A stretch of DNA of 64,000 nucleotides from Squalus acanthias (lineage: Eukaryota): positions 21,950,001 through 22,014,000 of the forward strand of contig CM059432.1 in assembly GCA_030390025.1 (NCBI GenBank). Direction: 5' to 3'. The notes beneath the pieces were generated by a model that saw only the letters and a program-made list of their open reading frames with translations, searched no databases and had not been told where the DNA came from. Both the position numbers and the translations under genes were made by a program. Position 1 is the first letter of the stretch. The number at the start of each line of letters is the position of its first letter. This document shows, in pieces, positions 13,541-26,439 of the stretch.

Positions 13541-13919
13541 CTTCTTTATTATCTTTTGATCCACTGCCCATGATCCTGTGAGGATTAGAGTTTCATGAAG
13601 GGAAAAGATTTTCTGAGTATTTTTACAATGGAGATATAACTCTTTTAGTGGTCAATAAGCCCCGTAAAATTCATAACCTTATCAGCAACTCCGACTGATA
13701 AGTTTGTAGGTTTTTAGCCAACAGGTAGCACTGTCAGAAGAAAGAATTATAACTAGGTCCGAGTTACCTGGGCTTTAACAGCTGGATTGCTAGGGTTCAG
13801 GGCCACATGAAGACCTTAGGTACAGATTGTACCTCAATCTAAGTTGACAGTCTAGCTCCACATAGATCAGTTGCATTTTTTTTCTCTGGTTTCCTTAGTT
13901 ATAATATCCATCAGCTTTT

Positions 13920-14105
13920 TCGTCCTCACTGAATATATTTAAGAAGGAGATAGATGGATTTCTAGACACAAAAGGCATCAAGGGGTATGGGGAGAGAGCG
14001 GGAATATGTTATTGAGATAGAGGATCAGCCATTATCATATTGAATGGCGGAGCAGGCTCGAAGGGCCGAATGGCCTACTCCTGCTCCTACTTTTCTATGT
14101 TTCTA
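13920..14105 (+). mobile_element. CR1 3' end fragment
   Basis: ggggtatggggagag...gaatggcggagcaggctcgaagggccgaatggcctactcc 3' UTR. Confidence 0.85.
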
Positions 14106-14389
14106 TTATAACATAAAGCATCTGAAAAGAATTGCTGTTATGAAGACAAGGGTTAAGTGTGATAATCTATGAAAAGCATCCTTGACGGAGAGAAAAGATT
14201 AGATTTTAAATTGGGCTGCCCGGTGTCAATGGAACGGTAGAGGCTTGAAAATGGCATCTGGCCCAGTTAACTCTGGCGCTTCAGTCACCGGCACTTTCAA
14301 AGGAGTCTACCACTGGGCGACCAAAGTGCCCACCTGGTTCAGGCAGTATAACCTTGAAATATGCAAATTGGGTTCTTATGACACCTTTG

Positions 14390-14648
14390 CCGGTCTCACT
14401 TTCAGCTGCCTAGGCCCTAAGCTCTGGAATTCCCTCCCTAAACCTCACCGCCTCTCTTTCTCTCTCTCCTCCTTTAAGAAGGACCTTATAGCCTACCTCT
14501 TTGACCAAGCTTTTGGCCACCTGTCCGAATATCTCTTTATGTGGCTTGGTGTCAAATTCTGTTAGATAGCGCTCCTGTGAAGTGCTTTGTGATGTTTTAC
14601 TACATTAAAGGCGCTATATAAATGCAAGTTGTTGTTGTTGTTGTTGTT
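14390..14648 (+). mobile_element. L2-type LINE 3' end
   Basis: FSCLGPKLWNSLP motif and a ggcgctatataaatgcaa(gtt)n tail of the type shared with the Deu SINEs. Confidence 0.75.
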
Positions 14649-14785
14649 CTAGGATCCCAATTCCCATTTTAGGACTGAACTGGGCATGCGTTCGACATGC
14701 ACGCTCCAGCTGGAGGCTCAACGCAAGAGGAGCGCACAGGTGATTTAAAATGTATTTTTCTGGGGCAGGAGTCCTCCCACAGGTC

Positions 14786-15345
14786 GGAGCTGATTTTAAT
14801 TTGACGTGGGCAACGGGAGGTTGGCGGGCAACGGGCAATCGGTGATAATGGGCAGTCAGCGGGCAGAGTGCACCCACCGTCTGTCTATAGTTGCTGGTGT
14901 GAGGCCAAGGCCATTTCGAGACCAGGCCTCATTTAAATGCAGCCGGCCAGCCGCGGGCACCGAATCAACGCTCTGAGGCAGTTCAGGGGCTCTGGGAGGG
15001 CAGGAAGTCGGCCCGCTCCCACGCAGGGCCAGCCGACAGTTGCAGCCCGAGGCAGAGAGAATCCCAGGAGTGGAGGCTCGCACGTGACATGCACAGCACA
15101 TGTTCCGCCCGTCTGTACCACAAAATTGCAATTGGGGTTCTATCCACGTTATTGGACCTCGATTTCCATATTACAAGTGGTCTCCCGACTGAAAGAGGCG
15201 TTCAATCCGACCAACCATCTCAGGACCCTACCAAAGATGGTGGCGGCCGGAGTGCCATCATAAGTAGGTTGGTAAGTGACCCAAGGCCATTTTCAAACTG
15301 TTACCAACCCATTTACACTAGTTGGAGGAACATAAAGTCAGCCCC
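14786..15345. mobile_element. Harbinger-type MITE
   Basis: TIRs ggagctgattttaa / ataaagtcagcccc and an imperfect TSD (gtc/gta). Confidence 0.6.
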
Positions 15346-15689
15346 GTAGAGTTTTGTTTGCCTGATATGAAATGCACACACTCTCAGCTAGGGACTGACC
15401 CCAATTTGACAGACTCAAAGCTTAGGGTGCTCTAATTGTGCGCAGGGTAACACTAGAGTTTGATCAGGTAAAATGACTCCCAACTGAGAGTACCAGGAAG
15501 GTTTCACTGCTTATGCAGCCAGGTCTAGCCTACTGCTTAGTGCACTCCCTTGCATGAGCCATGTAAGAAGAATCCTCTAGTGATGGTTCCATTATTAAGT
15601 CAGGTTAATCATCAACAATAAAAACAAGAAAATGAAGGAAATACACAGCAGGTCAGGCAGCGTCTGCAGAGAGAGAAAAAGAGTTAACA

Positions 15690-18600
15690 GGCTGGATATT
15701 TGCCCGGAGGCAGGGAGGGAGCGGGGAGGGGAGAGCTGTTTTGAGGAAACTCGGAAGCACAGGTTTCCCAAACGTTTTGCAGTTTTTAACTGCAGGATGT
15801 CTTTACATTTTTTTCTGTAGGTTTCCTGCCCTCAACCAGCCTGATTGATAGGCTGGCTGCCTGTCGGATAGGAAATCCTGCACCTCAAGGCCTCAACCAA
15901 GCTGGGCTGAGAGCAGGTAGGTCTACTGCGGGGCGGGGTCAAAAATGGTGGTCGGTGGGGGTCTGATCACGGGCGGGGGGGTCCAGTCGTGCGGGGGGGG
16001 GGTTTCGATCGCGGGGTGAGGTTGGTCACAAGGGGGGCCAGATGGTTGTCACGGATGGGGGGGGGGGGGCTCCGGTCGCTATGGGAATCCAATCCCCAAC
16101 CCCGGGGGACTTTGTATGGGGGGTGCGCTCTGCTGGGAGGGGAGCTTGGGGGGGCTGGGGTGAAGCACTCCTGCTCTTCCTGGCCCACAAGCAGTGCTGT
16201 AAAGGCTCTGAAGCAGTCCTCGCCTCCCTCCAGCTGTCGGGTTTCCCGAGGCCTGGGAATACGCAGACGGCCATAGTTAAACATGTAAAACTGGTTAAAG
16301 CAGAGAATCATGGAATCATAGAAAGTTACAGCACGGAAGGAGGCCATTTTGGCCCATCGTGTCCGCGCCAGCCAACAAAGAGCTATCCAGCCTAATCCCA
16401 GCTCTTGGTCCGCAGCCTTGCAGGTTACAGCATCCCAAGTGCACATCCAAGTACTTTTTAATGTGGTTAGGGTTTCTGTCTCTACCACCCTTTCAGGCAG
16501 TGAGTTCCAGACCCCCACAACCCTCTGGGTGAAGACATTTCCCCTCAAATCCCCTCTAAACGTTCCACCAATTACTTTAAATCTGTGGCCCCTGGTTTTT
16601 GACCCCTCTGCTAAGGGAAATAGGTCCTTTCTATCCACTTTATCTAGGCCCCTCATAATTTTATACACCTGAATAAGGTCTCTTCTAAGGAAAACAGACC
16701 GAGCCTATCCAGTCTTTCCTCATAGCTAAGATTCTCTACTCCTAGCAACATCCTTGAAAATCTCCTCTGTACCCTCTCTAGTGCAATCACATCTTTCCTG
16801 TAATGTGGTGACCAGAACTGCACGCAGTAATCTAGCTGAGGCCTAACTAGTGCTTTATACTGTTGAAGCATAACCACCCTGCTCTTGTATTCTATGCCAC
16901 GGCTAATAAAGGCAAGCATTCCATTTGCCTTCTTAACCACCTTATCTACCTGGCCTGCTACCTTCAGGGATCTGTGGACATGCACTCCAAGGTCCCTTTG
17001 TTCCTCTACACTACTCAGTATCCTACCATTTAATGTGTATTCCCTTTCCTTGTTAGCCCACCCCAAATGCATTACCTCACACTTCTCTGGATTGAATACC
17101 ATTTGCCACTGTTCTGCCCACCTGACCAATTTATTGATGTCTTCCTGCAGTCTACAGCTTTCTTCTTTAGTATCAACCACACAGCCGATTTTAGTATCAT
17201 CTGCAAACTTCTTAATCATACCCCCTATATTCAAATCTAGATCATTGATATATACCACAAAAAGCAAGGGACCTAGTACTGAGCCCTGCGGAACCCCACT
17301 GGAAACAGTCTTCCAGTCACAAAAACACCCATCTACCATTACCCTCTGCTTCCTGCCTCCGAGCCAGTTTTGAATCCAACTTGCCACTTTGCCCTGGATC
17401 CCATGGGCTTTTATCTTCATGACCAGTCTGCCATGTGGAACCTTATCAAAAGCCTTGCTAAAGTCCATATACACTACATCAAATGCACTACCCTCATCTA
17501 CCCTCCTTGTTACCTCCTCAAAAAATTCAATCAAGTTTGTCAGACACGACCTTCCCTTAACAAATCCGTGTTGACTATCCTTGATTAATCCGTGTCTTTC
17601 GAAATGAAGATTTATCCTGTCCTTCAGAATTCTTTCCAATAATTTTCCCACCACCGAGGTTAGGCTGACTGGCCTGTAATTATTCGGTCTATCCTTTTCT
17701 CCCTTTTTAAACAAGAGTACCACATTAGCAGTCCTCCAGTCCTCCGGCACCACACCTGAAGCCAGAGAGGATTGGAAAATGATGGTCAGGGCCTCTGCTA
17801 TTTCCTCTTTTGCTTCGCTTAACAGCCTGGATACATTTCATCCGGGCCTGGGGATTTATCCACTTTTAAAGCTGCTAAACCCCTTAATACTTCCTCTCTC
17901 ACTATGTTTATTTCATCTAATATTTCACACTCCTCCTCCCTGATAGCAATGTCTGCTTCGCCCCTCTCCTTTGTGAAAACAGACGTCTCCCGCCTCCACA
18001 CACAGAATACCCTCATGATCTCTAATAGGCCCTACCCTTTCTTTAGTTATCCTCTTACTCTTAATATATTTATAAAACATCTTTGGGTTTTCCTTGATTT
18101 TACTTGTCAAGAATTTTTCATGCTCTCTCCTTGCTTTCCTAATATCCTTTTTAATTGCACTCCTGCACTTTCTGAACTCCTCTAAAGATTCTGGAGTATT
18201 TAGCCCTTGGTATCTGTCATACACCTCCCTTTTTTTCTTTATCCTACCCTGTATGTCCCTAGACATCCAGGGGGCTCCAAATTTGTTAGTCCGACCTTTT
18301 TTCTTTAAGGGCACATATTTGGCCTGAACCCTCCGGATCTCCTCCTTGAAAGCCTCCCACTGCTCTGACACTGATTTACCTTCAAGTAGCTGTTTCCTGT
18401 CCACTATGGCTAAATCCCCTCTGAGTTAGCAAAATTTGCTTTTCCCCAATTTAGAATTTTTATTCCTGGTCTATCCTTTTCCTTTTCCATTACTACCTTA
18501 AATCTAACTGAATTATGGTCACTAGCACCAAAGTCCTCCCCCACTGATATGCCTTCTACCTGCCCAGCTTCATTCCCTAAAACTAAGTCCAGAACCGCCC

Positions 18601-19538
18601 CCTCCCTTGTTGGGCTTGCTACATACTGGCTAAAAAAGTTCTCCTGGATGCATTTTAGGAATTCTGCACCCTCTATACCCTTCACACTAATTTTATCCCA
18701 GTTAATATTGGGGTAGTTGAAATCCCCTACTATTATTGCCCTATAGTTTTTGCACTTCTCAGAAATTTGTCCACATATTTGCTCTTCTATCTCCCTCTCA
18801 CTGTTTGGGGTCTGTAGCGCACCCCCAGCAGTGTGATCACCCCTTTTTTGTTTTTCAATTTGACCCATATGGCCGCGTTTGATGATCCCTCCAACATATC
18901 ATACTTCCTCACAGCTGTAATAGTTTCTTTAATCAATACCGCGGCCCCCTCCCTTTTTACCTCCCTCTTTATCCCGTCTGAAAATCCTGTAACCAGGAAT
19001 GTTGAGCTGCCATACCTGCCCCTCTTTCAGCCATGTCTCTGTAATAGCTATAATATCATAGTCCCAAGTATCTACCTGTGCCCTCAGCTCATCTGCCTTG
19101 TTCGCTATACTCCTTGCATTGAAGTATATACCATTTAGTACAGGCAAACCTCCTTGTTGACTACTACCTAGCCCTTGATTCCTCTGTCCTTCCAATTTAC
19201 TTTCTACGTTTTTGTTTTCCAATTCCAGATTTTCTTCCCTCCCTACTGACTCTATACTTAGGTTCCCATTCCCCTGCCAAGCTAGTTTAAACCCTCCCCA
19301 ACAGCACTAGCAAACCCTCCCGCGAGGATATTGGTCCCGTTCCCGTTGCCAGCTCATTAAAATATTTAAATTGCCAACCCGCCTCCTCGGAGCAGTTTGA
19401 TTGCCCGCCCCTTGTCCACCTCCGTTAAACCCCGGAAGTGGATGGGTTGGAGGTGGGTTAGGGATGGGTTTGAGATTTAAAAAATTTTAACCACTGACCC
19501 AGCCCCAACCCACCCGTTTTTGGTATTAAAATTCACGT
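15690..19538. mobile_element. GC-rich MITE inserted in a Penelope-type terminal repeat and itself interrupted by a CR1
   Basis: It begins ggctggatattt. The flanks 15620-15689 and 19539-19560 rejoin as ...gagttaac/gttgacctttcatcag. Confidence 0.55.
16305..19350 (-). mobile_element. CR1 LINE with near-complete ORF2 (APE endonuclease and RT) and the end of ORF1, frameshifted
   Basis: NARSIANK, AITETWL, VGDFNYP, SDHN, NYRPVSLTS, YMDFSKAFD and FADDTK motifs across ORFs 19222-15967. Confidence 0.95.
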
Positions 19539-20919
19539 CGTTGACCTTTCATCAGAAGATGATAGTTAATCATCAACATCGTCCTGGATTAAACCAGACC
19601 TGCCTGGCTCACATATCAAATTACAATGTCTGTCACAGAGGTTTAATTTGGTTCTGAGCAACCGTATAAAATCTTGAATCTACCCCGACTCAAAGGGGAC
19701 TCTATCTTACCACCACCATCCTTGACTGGATGTAATAGGGCTACAGAGCTTTGGTGGAACAGGTTGACAGGCAGCATCTTTACCATGCAAACTTGGGCCA
19801 TCATGGTCCTGTTACCTACTGAAATTCCTTAAAGCATGATGTTTTCTCCCCAAAGAAGTTCAGAGGGGAAGTGAAAAAGGAAATAAGAGGGGCAAAGAGA
19901 GAGTATGAGAATAGATTGGCAGCTAACATAAAAGGGAATCCAAAAGTCTTCTGTAGGCATATAAATAGTAAACGGGTAGTAAGAGGAGGGGTGGGGCTGA
20001 TTAGGGACCACAATGGAGACCTACACATGGAGACAGAGGGCATGGCTGAGGTACAAAATGAGTACTTTGCATCTGTCTTTAACAAGGAAGAAGATGCTGC
20101 CAAAGTCATAGTGAAAGAGGAGGTAGTTGAGATACTGGATGGGATAAAAATTGATAAAGAGGAGGTACTAGAAAGGCTGGCTGTACTTAAAGTAAGAAGT
20201 CACACAACACCAGGTTATAGTCCAACAGATTTATTCAGGTAGAGTAGCTGTGAGAGAATCTCCCAGAATTCACAATATAAACACAGAAAAAATGTATTCA
20301 AATCTTTCCCTACATCAAAGACACACTAAGAGCACAGCCAAGACAATGAGATGTGTCCCAGGGGGTCCAACGTGTCAAAACACCTGCTGGCTGCATATCC
20401 TCTGCAGTTGAGTTTGGTTCTTGTGTTAGTTTTTTTAAAAAAAAGCTGGAAAGACCGGCCATGATGTCAAGTCACGTTCTGTATCGTGACATGAACCCAA
20501 TATCCTCATGAGTACGGAACTTGGCTATCAGTTAGGTTACCAGGAACAGATGGGATGCATCCTTGGATGCTGAGGGAAGTAAAGGTGGAAATTGCAGAGG
20601 TACTGGCCATAATCTTCCAATGCTCCTTAGATACGGAGGTGGTGTCACAGGACTGGAGAATTGCAAATGTTACACCCTTGTTCAAAAAAGGGTGTAAGGA
20701 TAAACCCAGCAACTACAGGCCAGTCAGTTTAACCTCAGTAGTGGGGAAGCTTTTGAAAATGATATTCCGGGACAAATTTAGCAGTCCCTTGGACAAGTGC
20801 AGATTAATTAAGGAAAGCCAGCACGGATTCATTGAAGGCAAACCGTGTTTAACTAACTTTATTGAGTATTTTGATGAGGTAACAGAGAGGGTTGATAAGG
20901 GCAATGCGGTTGATGTGGT

Positions 20920-22701
20920 CATAGAGTCATAGAGTCATAACGACACAGAAGGAGGCCATTCAGCCCATCGAGTCCATGTCGGCTCTCTGTAAAGCAATCT
21001 AGTCAGTCCCATTCCCCCGCTCTATCCCCGTAGCCCTGCAAGTTTATTTCCCTCAAGTGCCTATCCAGTCTCCCCTTGAAAACATTGAGTGTGTCTGCTT
21101 CCACCACTTCCGTCGGCAGCGAGTTCCAGGTCCTCACCATTCGCTGCGTAAAAATGTTTTTCCTCACATCCCCCCTGATTCTCTTGCCTAAAACCTTAAA
21201 TCTGTGTCCCCTAGTCCTTGTACCATCAACTAGTGGGAACAGCCTTTCCCCATCTAGCCTATCCAAACCTGTCATAATCTTGTACACCTCTATCAAATCA
21301 CCCCTCAACCTCCTTTGCTCGAATGAAAACAAATCCAGCTTCTCCAACCTGTCCTTGTAGCTAAGATCCCCCATCCCCGAACCATTCTGGTAAATCTCCT
21401 CTGCATCCTCTCAAGTGACTTCACATCCTTCGTAAAGTGTGGTGACCAGAACTGGACACAATACTCCAGTTGTGGCCTAACCAGCGCTTTATAAAGGTTC
21501 AGCATAACTTCTCTACTTTTGTGCTCAATACCTCTATTTATGAAGCCCAAGATCCCATATGCTTTGCTAACCACTCTCTCAATATGTCCTGTCACCTTCA
21601 GGGACCTATGCACATTAACTCCCAGATCCCCCTGTCCCTGCACACTCATTAAAACTGTGCCATTAAGTGTATATTGCCTCTCCCTGTTCCTTCTGCCAAA
21701 ATGCATCACCTCACACTTCTCTGTATTAAATTCCATCTGCCACTTGTCTGCCCATTCTGTTAGCCTTTCTATGTCCTGTTGCAGTCGATTGGTATCATCA
21801 TCACTGTTTGCCACACCCCCAAGTTTGGTGTCATCGGCAAATTTAGAAATTCTACTCTGTATTCCAATATCCAGGTCATTTATATATATCAAAAAAGCAT
21901 TGGCCCCAGCACTGACCCTTGGGAAACACCACTGTCTACCACCCTCCAGTCTGAAACACAGCCATTTACAACAACTCGCTGTTTTCTGTCCTTAAGCCAA
22001 TTCTTTATCCAAGCTGCCACTGACCCACCTATTCCATGAGCCTCAATTTTGTTAAACAGCCTTCTATATGGTACTTTGTTAAACGCCTTCCAAAAATCCA
22101 TGTAGACAACATCCATTGCATTCCCGTCATCAATCCTCCCTGTTACTTCATCAAAAAATTCAATTAGATTAGTCAAACACGATCTGCCTTTTAAAAATCC
22201 GTGTTAGCTCTCCTTAATTAGCTTAAACCTCTCCAAGTGCCCATTAACGTTTTCCTTGATTATTGTTTCTAAAACTTTACTCACCACTGATGTTAAGCTG
22301 ACCGGCCTGTAGTTACTAGGATTGTCCTTACACCCTTTCTTGAAAAATGGTGTCACATTTGCCACTTTCTAATCCTCAGGCACCTCCCCCGCATCTAGGG
22401 AAGATTGGAAAATTATTGCAAGCCCTTTCGCTGTCTCCTCCCCCAATTCCCTTCGCAACCCGGGATGCAAACCATCTGCACCAGGTGACTTATCCACTCT
22501 AAGCATACCCAGCCTTTCTAGTACATCCTGTCTATCAATTTTCACCCCTTCCATTGCTTCTACCTTTTCCACTTCTACTGATATTTTGTTAGCATCCACC
22601 TCCTTAGTAAACACCGATACAAAGTACTCATTGAGTATTCTAGCCTTGCCCTGCGCCTCTAAGCATATATCACCTTCTTTGTCCCTACTAGGCCACACCC
22701 C
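20920..22701 (-). mobile_element. CR1 LINE nested in the opposite orientation
   Basis: RT motifs in ORFs 22698-21003. The TSD ATGTGGT is at 20913-20919 and 22702-22708. Confidence 0.9.
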
Positions 22702-23288
22702 ATGTGGTGTACATGGACTTTCAAAAGGCGTTTAATACAGTGCCACATAATAGGCTTGCCAGCAAAGTTGAAGCCCATGGAATAAAAGGGACAGTGGCAG
22801 CATGGATATGAAATTGGCTAAGTGACAGGAAACAGAGAGTAGTGGTGAACGGTTGTTTTTCGGACTGGAGGCAGGTATACAGTGGTGTTCCCCAGGGGTC
22901 GGTACTAGGACCACAGCTTTTCTTGATATATATTAATGACTTGGACTTGGGTGTACACGGCACAATTTCAAAATTTGCAGATGACACAAAACTTAGAAGT
23001 ATAGTGAACAGTGAGGAGGATAGGGATAGACTTCAAGAGGACATAGACAGGCTGGTGGAATGGGCGGACACGTGGCAGATGAAATTTATTGCAGAAGAGT
23101 GCGAAGTGATACATTTAGGTAGGAAGAACGAGGAGAGGCAATATAAACTAAAGGGTACAATTCTAAAAGGGGTGCAGGAACAGAGAGACTTAGGTGTAAG
23201 TGTGCACAAATCGTTGAAGGTGGCAGGGCAGGTTGAGAAAGCAGTTAAAAAAACATATGGGATCCTGGACTTCATAAATAGAGGCATA

Positions 23289-24049
23289 GGGGTAAAAATT
23301 GAGTCGCGCCCCATTTGGGGCGCTAACCTCGCCGGGGCGCGACTTTTAGCGCCCCGAAAAAATTAGCGGCCCCGCGCCGGAACTTCAGTGGTTGCGCCCC
23401 AAGAGGGAAGCGGGGCGCAACTGGAAGCACCCCGCATCCCTCTTGGGGCGCTGCGAGTGAATATCCTGGCGCTACGTGCCGCAGCGCCACGCGCTGCGGC
23501 ACGTCGCGCCGCGGTATTGCAGGCCTTCCTCCCCTTCTTAAAGGGGAGGGACCCTGCGCAGCGCGAACCGGGGCCCAGCTGGGCCCCCAGGGATCGGGAG
23601 TGCCGGCAAAAGAGCCCGGCACTCAAGAGAAGTGCCGGGCTCTTGGAGCGCAGCCGGCACTTCACGGTGGGGGGGCTTCACGGGGGCCGGGGACAGGTGC
23701 TGGCAGGCGGCCAGCAACAAAAATGGCCGCCTGCCACCTCCGCTTTAAATATCGCCGCCTCGGCCGCACGTACGCCTCCCTGAACCCGTCGGACATAGCG
23801 TCTGGCGGTAAATCAGGGGGCGCGACTGAAGATCACGGCCGGGGCGCGAGCGGGGTGCTGCGCACGGCGATGACGTCATCGCCGGCGGCGCAGCGCCACA
23901 GGGCGCTACCGGCTGCCGCCGCCGCTAACCTCCCACTAAATTTTTAGGGAGGCGTGGGCGGCGCTGCGCCCGGGCGTTAGCTGCTTTACGCCCCATTAGC
24001 GCCCTCTTAAGGCGCTAACGGGAGGCGCAAGCAGCTGAATTTTTCCCCC
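23289..24049. mobile_element. Young GC/CpG-rich Harbinger MITE (family A TIR)
   Basis: TIRs ggggtaaaaatt / aatttttccccc and TSD ATA. The CR1 reading gaggc-ata-gagtac rejoins across it. Confidence 0.92.
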
Positions 24050-24859
24050 ATAGAGTACAAAAGCAAGGAAGTTCTGATGAATCTTTATAAAACATTGGTT
24101 CAGCCTCAACTGGAGTATTGTGTCTAATTCTGGGCACTGCACTTTAGGAAGGATGTGAAGACCTTAGAGAGGGTGTAAAGAGTGGATTATTTGAAACAGG
24201 TGAGTGTCTTTGTTAAAAGGGCAGACTGAGGAATTTCATCCAAATTCATTACCACATTTGCTTCTAATATTGCACAGTGCAATTTCAATTCCAATAGCTG
24301 GGAAGGAACTTACCCTTGGCTGGTTCGCAATGGGAATTTTCTAGGCTATCAGGAGATAATGGAAGAAATAATTACTTACCACCTATAACCTTAACTCCTT
24401 ACACAAGAGAATTACAAAATTCCCAGCATTTCTTGGAAGTGATGAATTTAAATTACCTAGCTCAAATTCCTAAAAGAAAACCTGATTGGTTTCTTATCTA
24501 TTTACCAGTATAGACTACACACTGTACACTCTGAGGAAAGCAGAAAGCTGAATTTAATCATCTGTAAGACTGTTATGCTGCCGAAGGGAAGTGTTAACCC
24601 TTTCTCCCCACTGGTATGTATTTTTGTCTCCAAAGCTTTATTCACATTACTGAAGCTCTCATTTTGGACAGGTCAAAGGGTCACAAGTAGACCCTGGAGG
24701 CCAAGATACACTGACTTATGTGAGAAGTGTAATTCTAATGCGTGACTATCCCCTGCTCCTGGTGGCAGTTGGCATGTGGATTGCTTTAGCAGTTTCGCAC
24801 AAGGGTTGGTGGAAGATCAAGGTGTTTACAACTATTTGGCTATGTATTTTGAGTATAAG

Positions 24860-25280
24860 AAAGACTTGCATTTATATAGCGCCTTTCACACCCACCGGAT
24901 GTCCCAAAGCTCTTTACAGCCAATGAAGTACTTTTTGAAGTGTAGTCACTTATAATGTAGGAAACAGCAGCCAATTTGCACACAACAAACAGCAATGTGT
25001 TTTTGTTATGTTGATTGAGGGATTAAATATTGGCCAGGACATCGGGGATAACGCCCCTGCTCTTCTTCGAAATAGTGCCATGGGACCTTTTACGTCCACC
25101 TGAGAGAGCAGACAGGGCCTCCGTTTAACATCTCATCGGAAAGATGGCACACTCTGACAATGCAGCACTACCCTCAGGGGTGTCAACCTAGATTTCTGTG
25201 CTCAAGTGTCTGGAGTGGGACTTGAACCCACAACCTTCTGACTCAAAGGCGAGAGTGCTACCAACTGAGCCACTGGCTGA
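24860..25280 (-). mobile_element. tRNA-derived Deu-domain SINE
   Basis: Reverse complement of the 37638-38075 SINE, with A and B boxes at 25220-25275. Confidence 0.88.
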
Positions 25281-25744
25281 CACATAGCATACCTTAGATT
25301 GATATCTCAGCCTTACTTGTGATTATATTAATGATAATCTTCAATTACCTCTCACATACATTTCTTAAAGTGTCTATCAATATTTCTCTGTCGGAAACCT
25401 TTACAAAAATATCAGTTTATATATAAATTCAAACCCACTTCTATTTGGCCTTTTGAGGCTTAGGTTACTGGATGATGCAAGAAAGATATCTATATTTACA
25501 CTAAAAGAATCAGATTAATTTGCTAGGATACAATCACATTATTTCAAACAACAAGCAATGTTTATTTAAAGGATTTAATTGCTATACTGGTCCACCATCA
25601 ACCAAAAATAAAATTAGTGCTTCAACAAAGTATTCCACTCATTAAGGGGATGGAAGATGGAGTCACAGACTAGGGAAACCCAATTCCACTTTTGTACCTA
25701 GCTATGGTGCTAAAGTTATCAAAAAATACATTCGTGCTCCTCAG

Positions 25745-26065
25745 ATGACTCCGTTTGCATCACCCGCTGTGTAACTGGCCAATACAGATCAAGAGGGTCT
25801 TGCGTTCAATCCTAAATCTTTGCTAATTTAAGTGATCTCATCCATGCTGAGGGTATCTCAATTGACCCCAGTGCCCCTGGGCTAGGAAAGGTGTAAACTC
25901 GACCATGTTTGTCTGTATATTTAGGTGAGGACAGGTTCGGGCTCGGCACCCATTGTTTATTAGCCCAGTAACACTGGTCTCGGTTCACAGATGGCCAATT
26001 GACTGAGGTACCTGAGGGCTGCGGTCATAACCCAGCATGAGTCAACACCTTGAGACGTGGATAGA
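25745..26065 (+). mobile_element. LF-SINE-like element, degenerate
   Basis: ggtgaggacaggttcgggctcggc...atggccaattgactgaggtacctgaggg...cccagcatgagtcaacacct resembles the LF-SINE consensus as I recall it. Confidence 0.6.
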
Positions 26066-26439
26066 AGACATTGGAGGGTGACTTTTTAAAGATTATTTTA
26101 GTTATGACAATATTCAGTCAGTTTCAGTGAGGCATGGATTGTCTACTTATGTCACTGTTCTTCATCCCTGGATCCATGGCAAACACAGAGTCATCATCCA
26201 TTGGTGAAGAACAGATGTGAATTGTGTAAATATATGAATCAGGAGTTGGTGAAATTGAATTTTGCTGGAAAAGATACAATAGATCCATACTTAAATGTGT
26301 CAGGAAGAAATAGTTTAATGGTTAGTTTCCTCTAGCTTCTCAGAAAAAAATATTATTTGAACCCTGTAGGGCACTCTTGTAAATGGAGAAATCAACTGAA
26401 GGACAAGGCAAAGAACCATGGAGAATGTAGGACAATACT

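Larger units (their letters stand above)
19855..24178 (+). mobile_element. CR1 LINE fragmented by nested insertions
   Basis: Colinear ORF2 pieces at 19871-20193, 20510-20919, 22702-23288 and 24050-24178. Confidence 0.9.

Noticed and set aside
16653..17753. Retron or other prokaryotic RT system, or an active LINE
   Set aside because: The motifs are those of CR1 ORF2, and the copy has several frameshifts.
23289..24049. CpG-island promoter or GC-rich protein-coding ORFs
   Set aside because: The segment is a TIR/TSD-bounded MITE inside a CR1, and its ORFs are compositional artefacts.
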